This document shows positions 1-10,558 of a stretch of DNA of 64,000 nucleotides, one piece after another. The notes beneath the pieces were generated by a model. The model made no database searches. It had not been told where the DNA came from and saw only the letters and a list, made by a program, of their open reading frames with translations. The stretch comes from Balanoglossus misakiensis (lineage: Eukaryota > Animalia > Hemichordata). Every line of letters starts with the position of its first letter. The first letter of the stretch is position 1. Location: positions 8,975,519 through 9,039,518 of the forward strand of contig CM082578.2 of the NCBI GenBank assembly GCA_040954595.2, written 5' to 3'. Made by a program: the position numbers and the translations under genes.

Positions 1-218
1 AATTTTTAAAAGCTTTGAGTCCATTTGAGGATTTCTACAACTTTCTCTGAGTCAGTCCTATTCCTTTGCATGCATTGTGGATAATTTTCTTAAGTCACCA
101 GTGAGTTTGTTGAGTCAGTGGCACGTCATATGAGCTTAGAGGGCACACTGGAGGTTGTTGACCGTCATCAACACAAGAAACCCTGCTCACTTTTAACTTT
201 GGTGTTCTTTCATTACAG

Positions 219-816
219 GTACGAGACTTTATCCTATCCCCAATTCACAATCCAGAGTTAGAAGTGGCCATAGTCATGCTGATTATTCCATTTGTAGTCA
301 ATGTAAGTGGCAGTTCTAATCCAATCCAATCCAGTCCATTCAAACAGTGTTGTAGTTTAAATTCTGTGAGCAAGGTGTCCAAGATACAAGGTCTGAAAGA
401 GATGTTAACAACAACTGAACAATGACTCTCCACTTTCCTGCATCACTTTAGATTTCGAATATTTCTTGCCTGGCAGTGTATAGCAGTTTAATGCCTGTTG
501 GACGTCAAACATCATCCCCTCTATCTCATGCAAACACACACCCAACCGTCTTTCCCCTTATCCGCTTCTCTCTGCACAGGCAATCATGTTTTGGGTTGTT
601 GATAACTTCCTGATGCGAAAATCCAGGAAACACAAAGAGATCAAAGGGACCCATGCCTCTTCCAAAGTCAAGTATTTACGGAAAGATCCAGAGAAGGGCG
701 TTGAAGCAGGATCGGAGTCGGAAGTATTGCTCTCGCCGGATGAAGAAATGGATAAATATGCCAGCGGCGACGATGCCAAAAATAAACTCATACCGTCTTC
801 GACTTCGGTAAATTAA
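219..816 (+). CDS. STIMATE: STIMATE/TMEM110 (store-operated Ca2+ entry regulator), last two coding exons; 5' part lies upstream of the window
   Basis: Exons 219-302 (cag|...|gtaagt) and 580-816 splice in phase 0 to give [47 protein letters not shown]...ESEVLLSPDEE, matching the TMEM110 C-terminal signature (LE.[23 protein letters not shown]). Candidate AATAAA at 2755-2760. Confidence 0.9.
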
Positions 817-2933
817 TTGTGTGTTGCATGCAGCTGTGTGTCTGTGCCATATATACATGTATGCTAATTCTTCCAGGTAAACTGATAGGCATGTGACTGT
901 AACTGAAATACAGGAGTGGTTTCACCACTGATGTGGATGTTGGAACATAGCCACCTATGGTACTATAGGTGAACCATTGAATTAACCACCCTTCACACCC
1001 TTCCATTCATGATTTGTTTCAGGTCTCGCTGTGACAAGACCTTGTCTTTGTGTGTCCAGGAGTATCATGTGTGATACGACAACAGTGGTCTTAGAGTCAC
1101 TTCTGCCAAGCCAATAAACGTGTACCAGGTATTACCGTATTCGTGTGCAAAGAGAGATTTAGCACTCATATACTGTATCTTCCTGTTGCCATGGTAATTT
1201 GCACTGGTGTAGCTTATATGCATGTCTATGAAGTGACTGTGACACCACTATTCATTTTTTTTTTCATTTCATAAATATTTGCACTTTGCATGTCGGAAAT
1301 GTGCACCATACTTGTTTGAAAAGCTTATGGGAACATGTATTACGTATGATTTCTGTAATTTAACATTTCCAAAACAGTAGAGCATGATGCTGTGTTGTTT
1401 TATTTTATTTTAGGCATGTTGAGATTTTCACACATTTGTTTCGCAATATATGGTTCTCAGTTTTAAGTTTGTTCAACTTCTTGGATGTTTGCGTATTGTT
1501 TGAAATATCAATTTTTGTCTTGTGTCAGAAGCTATGTATGATTGTAACAGTACTATAAATTGACAGGAGTTGGCTGAAATAATATTGTCAATCAGTGTTA
1601 AACAGGTTTTATTTGTTGTACTTGGAGGTTTGTTACATTCTGAAAGGAAGACATGTACTTCTTGTGGAGAATTTCAAACTGCTGTCGCCATAAAAAAAAC
1701 GTAGCGCGTAAGTAAAAGACGTCGCCGTTCCCTACATCTGATTGAAGGGCACCATACTCACTGAGAGGGCATGGTACTAGCAGTTGCATCATAAACCTTT
1801 AATAGTCTTCCTTGTTAGGTGGTAGCCCCCTTTGACCAGTAGATTGCAGTGCAGAGTCTATTGAACTGTTCTACTCCACATAGGGGTGTGAGGCGTGGTA
1901 ATGATCGAGATATACATGTAAATAGTATTTCATTTACAAGTAGTGTGTCTTATTGGCTGAATGCTGTTTTATCTCCCGACAGCTGGCATTTTGCTGTCCA
2001 GCTTTTTGAAATGAATCTTGCACAACTTATACGCTGTCTGAGGTGAAATGTTACATTTAGGACAAATATGTAACTTGCAATCTTTTGACGTCACTTGGGG
2101 TTTACTGTCATCCAAGAATCATATTGATGCTCCAGTTTAGACTAGCATTGGCAGTTGTGGGAGCCAAGCGCCACTTAACTGTTAACTGCATACAAGCAGG
2201 GTGAAGACCGTGATGTGACGACCCACAATGCAACACTTGCCAGCCAGAACAGGACATCACGTTTGTACATAAAAATAACCTCAAAAACATTTGTAATTTT
2301 CAGCCGTGATGTCCAGTGTCACCTACCTTTGTTCTGTAATTTTTAGTTCTGGGTTTTATGCAATTTTGTGTCATCAGACCAGTTTTAAGATAAAATGTTT
2401 GAGCGTCTGAGGAGATCCATTTTTTCAAAGCTCAGTAAAGGTACACTCACGCACACCTGAACATATCGTGGGGAAAAATCAGACAGACAATCGAACATTA
2501 TTTGATATCAAACAGAAATGGGTAGTCCTAGAGTCGCATTAATTATGACAAATCAACTCAAACTATCAGGTAATTAACATAGATATGCAAATAGTACTCA
2601 AATATAATGATTATCAGTATTTTTGTTTAATTAACTCAGAATTTACAGTATAGCGTTTTCAATTGTTGAAATTTGAATGTTGCATTTACTCAGCATGTTT
2701 CAGACGAGTCAAAACTCTATGTATTCTCTGTTTGTAGCGTTACATTTTACTCTCAATAAAGAAGTTTATATTTAACAAAACTGGGTCTTTTCGTGCCATA
2801 TTCTGTTTTCCCCACTATTATGCACATAACAAAATAACTGAAATTTACACAAAGGTAATACACAGTGAAATCCCCCATAAGCGAGAGAGCAGGCCTAAAC
2901 ACAGTCTTGGCTATATTTGCATATGCGTTCACA

Positions 2934-4058
2934 CTAACATTTTCCTATCCACGAAAATGATTGCCCCGTCATTTTCGAGAGCGTGACGTCAAACGGCCTG
3001 TAATATTCGCACAACTTATTGATCACTTCTTCGTCAACCTCCGGATGAGGGCGTCCTTTGTTGCTACCCAGGCAAAACCTGTCTGGAAAAGTTGTGCAGA
3101 AGAAATTCTTCGCACTGTCAAAATAAAAATGATCGGATTCAAAGAAAGGACGAAGCTCAAGAAATGTCTCGACTCTTTTCAGCTCCGTGACCGGGTCCAA
3201 TTTAAAACGGTCTCCGTCGATGATGAGAATTTGATTTGGAGGAAAATATTCGAACCAGCGAATTAAATGTTTCACGTACACTCCGACATCAACAATTTCG
3301 TTGAACATGTTCACTGTGCCGAAGCGGTCGCCCTCTATGACGGACTTCTCGAATGTTTCGGCGATGTACTTGTGTCGCATGCCGACAGAAAACTGCGGCT
3401 GCTTGATCGTCCACTCCAGGTAGTCGGACACCAGGCGGTAGACGGGATCGCAGAGAATGAAAACGATCCTGACGTTGAGGGAGACATCCATCCTGATCTT
3501 CGAGGGGACGTCGTGGGGGTGGATGAAATACGTCGGCGTTTTCTCCACCGTCATCTGGTGCGGCGCGGCGAACGGCATCTGGTGTCGGTACCAGTCGATT
3601 CCCTTGTCGTACTGCGCGTCGAAGTAGTGCGGCTCCGGGCCGGGCCCCACGACGTGCGGGTGCAGGTTGAGGAAATTCATCAGCGGAGTTGTCCCACACT
3701 TTCGGATGCCCGCGATGATGGCGTTTGGGAGCCTCCTCTCGCAGCCCCTGTCTCTCAGAACAGCTTCCCTCACGGGCGCTCGCAGGAGGTAGGCCGGGTT
3801 GTTCGGCAGGTAGCAGGAGCGGTTGAATTTCTCGTAGATGTACTCGTCTCTGTCGTACCTGGCCTTCCAATCCGACGCGAAAGCGACATGCTCCTGCTGC
3901 TCTATCACACCGTTGTGGTTCTGGTCGATTTCTTTCAACCTCACCGACGCTATGTAGTAGAGATACGCAAGCAGTGATAGCATCATCATCAGAGATATCA
4001 AGGTATTCTGCCGAAAACCGCGCCTCGGGTACGCCACATATCGGAATACCAGCGACAT
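2934..4058 (-). CDS. HS3ST: Heparan sulfate glucosamine 3-O-sulfotransferase-like type II Golgi membrane protein, intronless CDS, 374 aa
   Basis: N-terminal TM (LISLMMMLSLLAYLYYIA), then RRLPNAIIAGIRKCGT (5'-PSB loop), EPHYFD, YDKGIDWYRHQMP, EKTPTYF, DPVYRLVSDY (3'-PB) and CLGSNKGRPHP, all HS3ST family hallmarks. Paralog identity cannot be resolved by eye. Confidence 0.9.
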   Translation of the reverse strand: MSLVFRYVAYPRRGFRQNTLISLMMMLSLLAYLYYIASVRLKEIDQNHNGVIEQQEHVAFASDWKARYDRDEYIYEKFNRSCYLPNNPAYLLRAPVREAVLRDRGCERRLPNAIIAGIRKCGTTPLMNFLNLHPHVVGPGPEPHYFDAQYDKGIDWYRHQMPFAAPHQMTVEKTPTYFIHPHDVPSKIRMDVSLNVRIVFILCDPVYRLVSDYLEWTIKQPQFSVGMRHKYIAETFEKSVIEGDRFGTVNMFNEIVDVGVYVKHLIRWFEYFPPNQILIIDGDRFKLDPVTELKRVETFLELRPFFESDHFYFDSAKNFFCTTFPDRFCLGSNKGRPHPEVDEEVINKLCEYYRPFDVTLSKMTGQSFSWIGKC

Positions 4059-4465
4059 TTTCTACTCTTCCTATATTGAGGTTGTCTGGCTACGTCACCA
4101 ATGAAACGTACACGGATTGTGCGCGCAATTTGTTGACAATCGGTCATAATCCTGGAGGTTTATAAATGACAACAAAGAATTTATCGGCGGCAGCTGTTAT
4201 GAGTAGAAACGCGTCGTCATATGAAAATTAACATACAACAAAGACTATATTGTTTGAAGTTCTCTCAGTTTAATATATCAATTTATACATGTATCGTCCT
4301 GTTGTCACGACTTGGTTAGATCGGATTATATGGTAACTTTACAGTCTTTGTAATCACTTAGAGGATGTCCTTTCCTTGCGAATATCGATGATCAAAGACC
4401 GATTGAATGTTAACTAGTATAGTTTCTGGTCAAAAAATAATTACCATTGTTGCTTGCTTGCTAGC

Positions 4466-4589
4466 TTCATTCATTCATTCATTCATTCATTCATTCATTC
4501 ATTCATTCATTCATTCATTCATTCATTCATTCATTCATTCATTCATTCATTCATTCATTCATTCATTCATTCATTCATTCATTCATTCA
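4466..4589. repeat. (TTCA)n microsatellite
   Basis: Perfect tetranucleotide run, directly visible. Confidence 0.98.
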
Positions 4590-4770
4590 GATGCAACCAT
4601 AATTCCAAATGTACACTGGGTGGAACTCTGCATCACGTATCATCGTCGAAGAAATTCTCATGATGTCTGTTAGAATCACCGTATTGCTCATCTTGTGGAA
4701 ATTATTTTTACATGTATTATGACTGTATATTTTAACGACATATGTTAATCACGATTTGACATATTCATTA

Positions 4771-4990
4771 TGATAGATTATCAGTGTCCCTGTGGTCAAC
4801 CGATGTAAATTGCGAAGTAAGCAGGATATTATTGACGAACACCTCGGGATGTAAATGAAGCGAGCGCTCAGAATGAAAAGTAATGAAATAAATCACCATT
4901 TTTGGATTCGTTACCGACAAGTGAATTAACAAAACAAACCCTTTCCCTACCTGTGCACTGTAGGGAATTGGTGAACGTTTGCATAGTGAC
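4771..4990 (+). repeat. Duplicated upstream segment of the CTHRC1 repeat unit (homologous to ~9324-9545 and partly ~13085-13200)
   Basis: gatagattatcagtgtccctg.ggtcaaccgatgtaaattgcg.agtaagcaggatattattgacgaacacc occurs at 4771 and 9324. Further patches match: ~5405-5635 with ~9797-10023, and ~5000-5180 with ~13210-13380. Confidence 0.85.
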
Positions 4991-5880
4991 ATTTCTGCCT
5001 GTCGCCACATCATGCACAAGCCATGTACAATCAATAAAGAAAATGTAAGGTCATATGAGCTCTTGGAGGACATGTAGTGGTCATTGTAAGAGTGTTTGGT
5101 CGTTTAAACGTCATAATAAATGCCTGTTCATTGAAACAGTGCGTGTTTATGCGCTACATTTAGGTGTGGTACTGTTAAACCAATGATTTCATATGGTTTT
5201 GATCTAAAATGGTGACATCATATAAGATGTGTAAACCTTAACTATATTTTTCCCCAAGATTTTATCGTGTAATCTAAATTAAGTAATCTTTGTTCTTCTA
5301 AACGTCAATTAGATACATTACACTGTTAGTTTTGTTTTGTTTAGTATGCGGGCCTTCAAGTAACGTTCACGTCATTTCGTCATCTTTCAGCAGGGTATTG
5401 GTTTTATGGATGTCAACTGTAAAATACGTGTGAGTTTCGCACTGATGAAATAAATTATAGATGTGTGTAAATTTTTACGTCGATATAAGTATCACAGAAC
5501 AAACAAGAGTGTATGTTTTCACCGTTGGAAGTTTTTAAAATCGCCAGAGACAAGCTGCCCCCGGCGGTTACTCATTACCAGTAAGTAATACCCAGGGGCC
5601 ATGTCACAAGAAGTTTGTGTATACTACAGTGGACTAACTTGTAAAGTTTTGACGATGGTAACCATGTGGATGCTTACGGCTGTCGGATCTGAAAGATCCG
5701 TTGGCATCTTCACCTACCAAGGACCTTTTCCGGATGGTCGAATCTAAACTTTCTAAAATTGCCACTGATAATTTTAAGCACCAGATTCCACTATGCATGT
5801 TGGAAAAATGATACTGCTGTTGCAGGTAACCACCATTTAGAATTAGTAACATTTATTTGAGGAGAAACATAGTAAATAAA

Positions 5881-5912
5881 TGAAGTGTCTGCACAAAAAA
5901 CATAAATGCGTG
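5881..5912 (+). promoter_or_regulatory. Conserved TATA-like core promoter of CTHRC1 copy 1
   Basis: tgaagtgtc...caaaaa.(c/t)ataaatgcg block lies ~50 bp upstream of the ATG in copies 1, 2 and 3; CATAAA variant here (5901-5906). Confidence 0.5.
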
Positions 5913-5951
5913 TGCTTCACCTATTACCTGATATGCTGTATTCCTACTGCA

Positions 5952-7305
5952 ATGAAGAGGTGTGCTCGTTTCCCAGGGCTCTTCTGTGCATTGTTAGTGG
6001 CCACTTTGACAGTCATAGTAACGGGTGACGGGCTGAAGACCACACCGGGACCTTCTGAGGTGGGTACACTTGTAAAATCTACCGATAATCTAGAGGCCAT
6101 ATGCATAAATGCAAATTGGTATCAGCTATTATTGCTTAGCCAAGCTAAATGACAAATGGTTGTGCGTACGACATAAAACAAAAAAATGACATTATTTTTT
6201 CTTCGTAACCCGTATTGTGTATAATTTGACTTCAATTTGTAGCCGGAGTCTTCTGGTTGTAATTCGTGTTGTGGCGTGTCCCCTGCCGGAATACCAGGCA
6301 TTCCTGGTACCCAAGGACATTCTGGTACTCCTGGTGTTCCCGGACGAGACGGACGCGATGGGTCGAAAGGGGACAAGGGTGATATTGGCCCTGCAGGACC
6401 ACCAGGAAACATTGTTGTTCCTTCCTCCCACCACATGAGACAGTGTGCATGGAGGAATATCAACGACGACCGCGAAAGTGGCATCATTAAGGTAATTGCA
6501 CAGTAAAAGCCTTTGAAGTGTCAATAAAATAGCAATTTGCAGCTTTCAACTTGTTCATGTGTTTTAGACATCTTTGGAAATTTATACCAGTCTTATTGTA
6601 TTTGCTATGTTACCTGATTTTGCAGGAGTGTGAATTCACCAAACGGTCAAACACTACTGCACTTCGTGTCCTGTGGAACGGAAGTCTACGCACAATCCCA
6701 CCGTCAGGCACCACAACTTGTTCTCGATGGTATTTCACCTTCGATGGGGAAGAGTGTCTTGATCCCCTACCAATAGACGGTATCGTGTCCAGCAATAGTG
6801 GAAACAGTCGTCACCGTGTTAATGCAAGTAAGAATGGCAATTTTTATCTCCTGCTATGTATGCAGTACAACAAAAGCTCATTCATTATGCAAAGTACTTC
6901 GGGAAACAGCGAAGTACAAGATTTTATCCCATGAGCGTGCAATGTAATTAATTATATATATAATAATATAATAATAATAATATAATAGGTTCAAATAGCA
7001 TTACCATACATTTATGTGTGCAGTATGATGTTCGAGTGAAACTAAGTACTGGGTAATTCACAGCTTCCAAGGATATTTTGGAACAGGGAAAGTCAGTTTC
7101 CTAGGCTAAGAGGATTTTGTTATTATTGCTGTACTTTTCATGTTATTATTTTCCAGTTGAGGGTCTGTGCTTCGGCATCACTGCTGGTCGAATCAAAGTG
7201 GAATTCCGATTGTCGGCATGTAGCGGCCTCTCAGGGGGTAACGCGTACACAGGATGGAATTCTATATCTCGAATCATCATCGAGGAAATCGATGCGACAA
7301 ATTAA
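5952..7305 (+). CDS. CTHRC1: CTHRC1-like copy 1 (signal peptide, CxxCC, 14 Gly-X-Y, C-terminal CTHRC1 domain), 235 aa
   Basis: Exons 5952-6059, 6243-6491, 6626-6827, 7157-7305; phases 0,0,1; all GT-AG. Motifs GIPG..GRDG, QCAW, ECEFTK....[46 protein letters not shown] match CTHRC1. Confidence 0.93.
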
Positions 7306-7704
7306 ACTGAACACAATCCCCATATCACCAGAAATTGGATTATTCTATAACGTAACTCGCATGGACACATTTTATTAAGTTATCTGACAGTAATTAATAA
7401 TTGAAATGATATGTATATCTGATACAGTATGTAATGCTTGAAAAATGATTACGATTAAATAACCATTCTCCCGAGTATTGCTATCGTGCGTTCTGTGCGT
7501 GTGTGTGTTGGCGTTAGAATCATGTGGATATCAGCCAACTTCCATTCATACATTTACTGGTGGGGTGTTTGGCTTTGAGTTGGGAGGTGTAAGAGAGAAT
7601 TTAAACTGTGACAGAAATCGGAAGTTGCATGTTTCCCTTGTACAAATTACCCAGCCGATGAGGAAAGAGTGTGTTGGTGCTCTGTGAGTGTGATATTGGG
7701 GTTA

Positions 7705-8055
7705 GGGACCATTCAGTTTTTACGGCTGGGGGGGGGGGGGGCGGCAAATTTGTGTCATCGATTTCCAAACTCAGGCAGACCCCCCTTCACCCAAGACCAA
7801 AAAATGATGACCCCTGGTACACTAGACAAACCAGCCAATAAATGAAATGTGGCGAAGAATGAAGGGGGTGGGTTAGAAAATTTAGAAAATAACGGCCTCG
7901 AAACTGCATTTGTGGACTCAAAAGCAGAAGTTGGTGCCAAATGTATGTTACCCCCTAAATGTTTCGAAAAAAAGATGACCCCTTTTGGATTTCAAAATTT
8001 AAGTGACCCCTTCACTGGATTTTGCCGCCCCTAGCCGTAGAAACTGAACGGTCCC
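7705..8055. mobile_element. Non-autonomous DNA transposon (MITE), PIF/Harbinger(Tourist)-like
   Basis: Terminal inverted repeats GGGACCATTCAGTTTTTACGGCT(G)nCGGCAAA ... TTTGCCGCCCCTAGCCGTAGAAACTGAACGGTCCC, flanked on both sides by TTA; no coding capacity. Confidence 0.85.
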
Positions 8056-8409
8056 TTAATTTATTTATCAGGAAATATATTCCCCAAACAAACTTTAATA
8101 CTCTACAGGAAACTTCATATCGGTGTATTGCATTTCAACAGAGATAAACTTTAACCCTGTCAAGTGTAAACTTTTGACACATCGAACAAAACACTGTTTT
8201 TAAAGGTTTTTTAAAGATTGTTTTAAAACAAGTAAAATGTTCTTAGAGAAGCAAACTTAAATTATTTGAAGAAATATAGAACATTTTTATTTTCTCAGGA
8301 CAAAATTAATTTCTTTATGGAAAACACCAAATTTGAAATTCATTGAAAAAAACCTTGTTTTTAATGGAGCAAAATTATTTTCTGAGGATATCTCCATGAA
8401 TGAGATGCA

Positions 8410-8588
8410 TTTTCCTACCTTTGAGTATCATTTAAATATTTGGTAAAACTGAACTCTATTGTGTTAAAATACGACAAAGAAAGCATTGAACTAAGTTTTC
8501 TTGAGGGCGCAATTTAGTTTCACAGAGAATATTTTTTGTGGGGGCGAAATTATCTACATGATTTTGCATGTCAAACTCTTTCAGCTGC
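8410..8588 (+). repeat. Repeat found downstream of CTHRC1 copies 1, 2 and 3 (also ~12805-12970 and ~16960-17053)
   Basis: tttgagtatcatttaaatattt.gtaaaactgaa.tctat.gtgt.aaaa...ttcttgagggcg occurs three times in the same orientation. Confidence 0.85.
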
Positions 8589-10488
8589 CGAGTATTTTTT
8601 TTGGGGGGGGGGGGAAGAGTGAAACATTTTTATTGTAACAGCGGTGGCAGTTGATGTATCCCAACATGCTACACTCAACATTGCCTCAGAAACATGAAGT
8701 ACTACACTGTCGTCGAAGAATGCACCAAGATTCGTTAGCCCTCCCACATGCCACATGGCCCTAAGAGTGTGGCGAGAGTGTCCGGCCCAAGGTGTGCCGC
8801 CTCCCTTCATCCTACTCCTCAATATGTCGATAAATGATGTTATTGACAGTGGCGGGTAATGAGGTTCTTTTGTTATTTGAAAGAGCACGAGCCATGTCAT
8901 CTTACAGATTTCTTACAGACAAAGGCATCACTGCTGGCTTTAATTAGCGCCTCACAAATTGAGTTTATTATCGGAGTTATGGGCCAATAAGACGAACATT
9001 TCGGTTGGCGTCCCCTTGGTACGGTGGTAATCGAATGGTCAATAAAGTTTTAGGCAGTAATTAACCTTACTACCAATTCTCATTTTGCTATTTATTGTTA
9101 GAGCATGATAATATTTCCTAAGAGAAGTACATTACGCGGCACTCGACGTCAACCCGGGCCAGTGAAACGCACGGGAGAATAAATTCGTGGAGGGGTGTGT
9201 CGTAGTGACCGATGGAAAATTCAAGAACAAAGCAAACATTCTAAAGTTAACCGTGAGATGGTTCAAGCAAAACAGATGATGGGATGCTGAGTTTTGTGTT
9301 CACAATGTAAAGACTTAAGGGATGATAGATTATCAGTGTCCCTGCGGTCAACCGATGTAAATTGCGGAGTAAGCAGGATATTATTGACGAACACCACGGG
9401 ATGTAAATTAAGAGAGCTCTCAGAATGAACACTGGTGAAATAAATCACCATTTATAAATTTGTTTTGGACACGTTAATCAACAAAACAAACCCGAGCCCT
9501 ACCTGTGCACTGTAGGGAAACGGCCAACGTGTGTACAGTGACAGATCACTACTTGTCATGTTGGGCTGAAACGTGCATGCAGAATGTCATGGAGTATCTT
9601 GTGGCCAAGCCGTCAACAGAATCGCACCCTAAAGCACAAAAATTACCAAAATAATGCTCAAAGATTTCCCCCTTATATTCAACAAAATATATGTTCTTAC
9701 ATCTATTTCTTTTGATCCTGCCTGACAAAGTTTATAATATTAAAATTATAAAGTTACATTGTAGTTGCATTAAAACTTTTCTGAGAGTATTGACACTATG
9801 GATGTCAACTGTTATGCATGGGTGAGTTTCAGAGTGATGAACCAGATCATCGCTATGAGTGAAATTAAGCGTCAAAATAATTATCACAGAACATACAAGA
9901 ATGTACGATTTAACCACAGGAAATAGTTAATATAAGCACAGAAAAGTTACATCGGTTACTCATTACCAGTTAACAAAATTATACTCAGAGGCCATACTGC
10001 AACAAGTTTTTGTACAGTGGACTGATTTAGAGATTTTGGACCAAGGTTACTTTGTAGACTGTATATACATTGTGTTCCAAAAGAGCAGATTTCTGTAAAA
10101 TTGGGCCGGGCCATGTCAAAATATGCCTTCAAAGTTCAATACGGATGTTACTTAGTTTTCGAAAACGCATCTTGTTAATAATCCTTCAAAGCAAACTATT
10201 GAATGGATTGCCCGCCCGTGGCTGTGATATGTCGAACACCTCAGAGACTATATCTATTTTTTGTTTGAAGCCAGGTAATCGCGGACTACAATGGACTAGA
10301 ATGGAAGAATAAGACGATTCCAACTCTGTTGAATAATTAAGAAAAAGTAAACCATTTAAAATAATCTAAAACACGGATTTACAGACTATACAGGAAATTT
10401 CAACTAAGTATGCTCTCTTTGAAACCCGTTCTTGTCTGATATGACTTTTTAAAATTCAGTTTTACCAATTCCGTAACATAGTTTTTCA

Positions 10489-10521
10489 ATGAAGTGTCCT
10501 CTCAAAAACTATAAATGCGGT
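10489..10521 (+). promoter_or_regulatory. Conserved TATA-box core promoter of CTHRC1 copy 2
   Basis: TATAAA at 10510-10515 inside a block conserved among copies 1-3, 44 bp upstream of the ATG. Confidence 0.55.
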
Positions 10522-10558
10522 CAAGATTCGCAAAGTTGATAACATATTTTCCTCCACC

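Noticed and set aside
1719-1744. Short motif cgtcgccgt(t/a)ccctacatctgatt, recurring at ~12990
   Set aside because: Too short to classify; most likely a fragment of an interspersed repeat.
586-3926. Functional link between STIMATE (Ca2+ entry) and the EF-hand-like loop in the neighbouring sulfotransferase
   Set aside because: Adjacency of convergent eukaryotic genes is not evidence of shared function.
3267-3977. 236-aa plus-strand ORF and 193-aa alternative-frame ORF over the sulfotransferase
   Set aside because: Shadow ORFs of a GC3-rich coding exon with no recognisable motifs.
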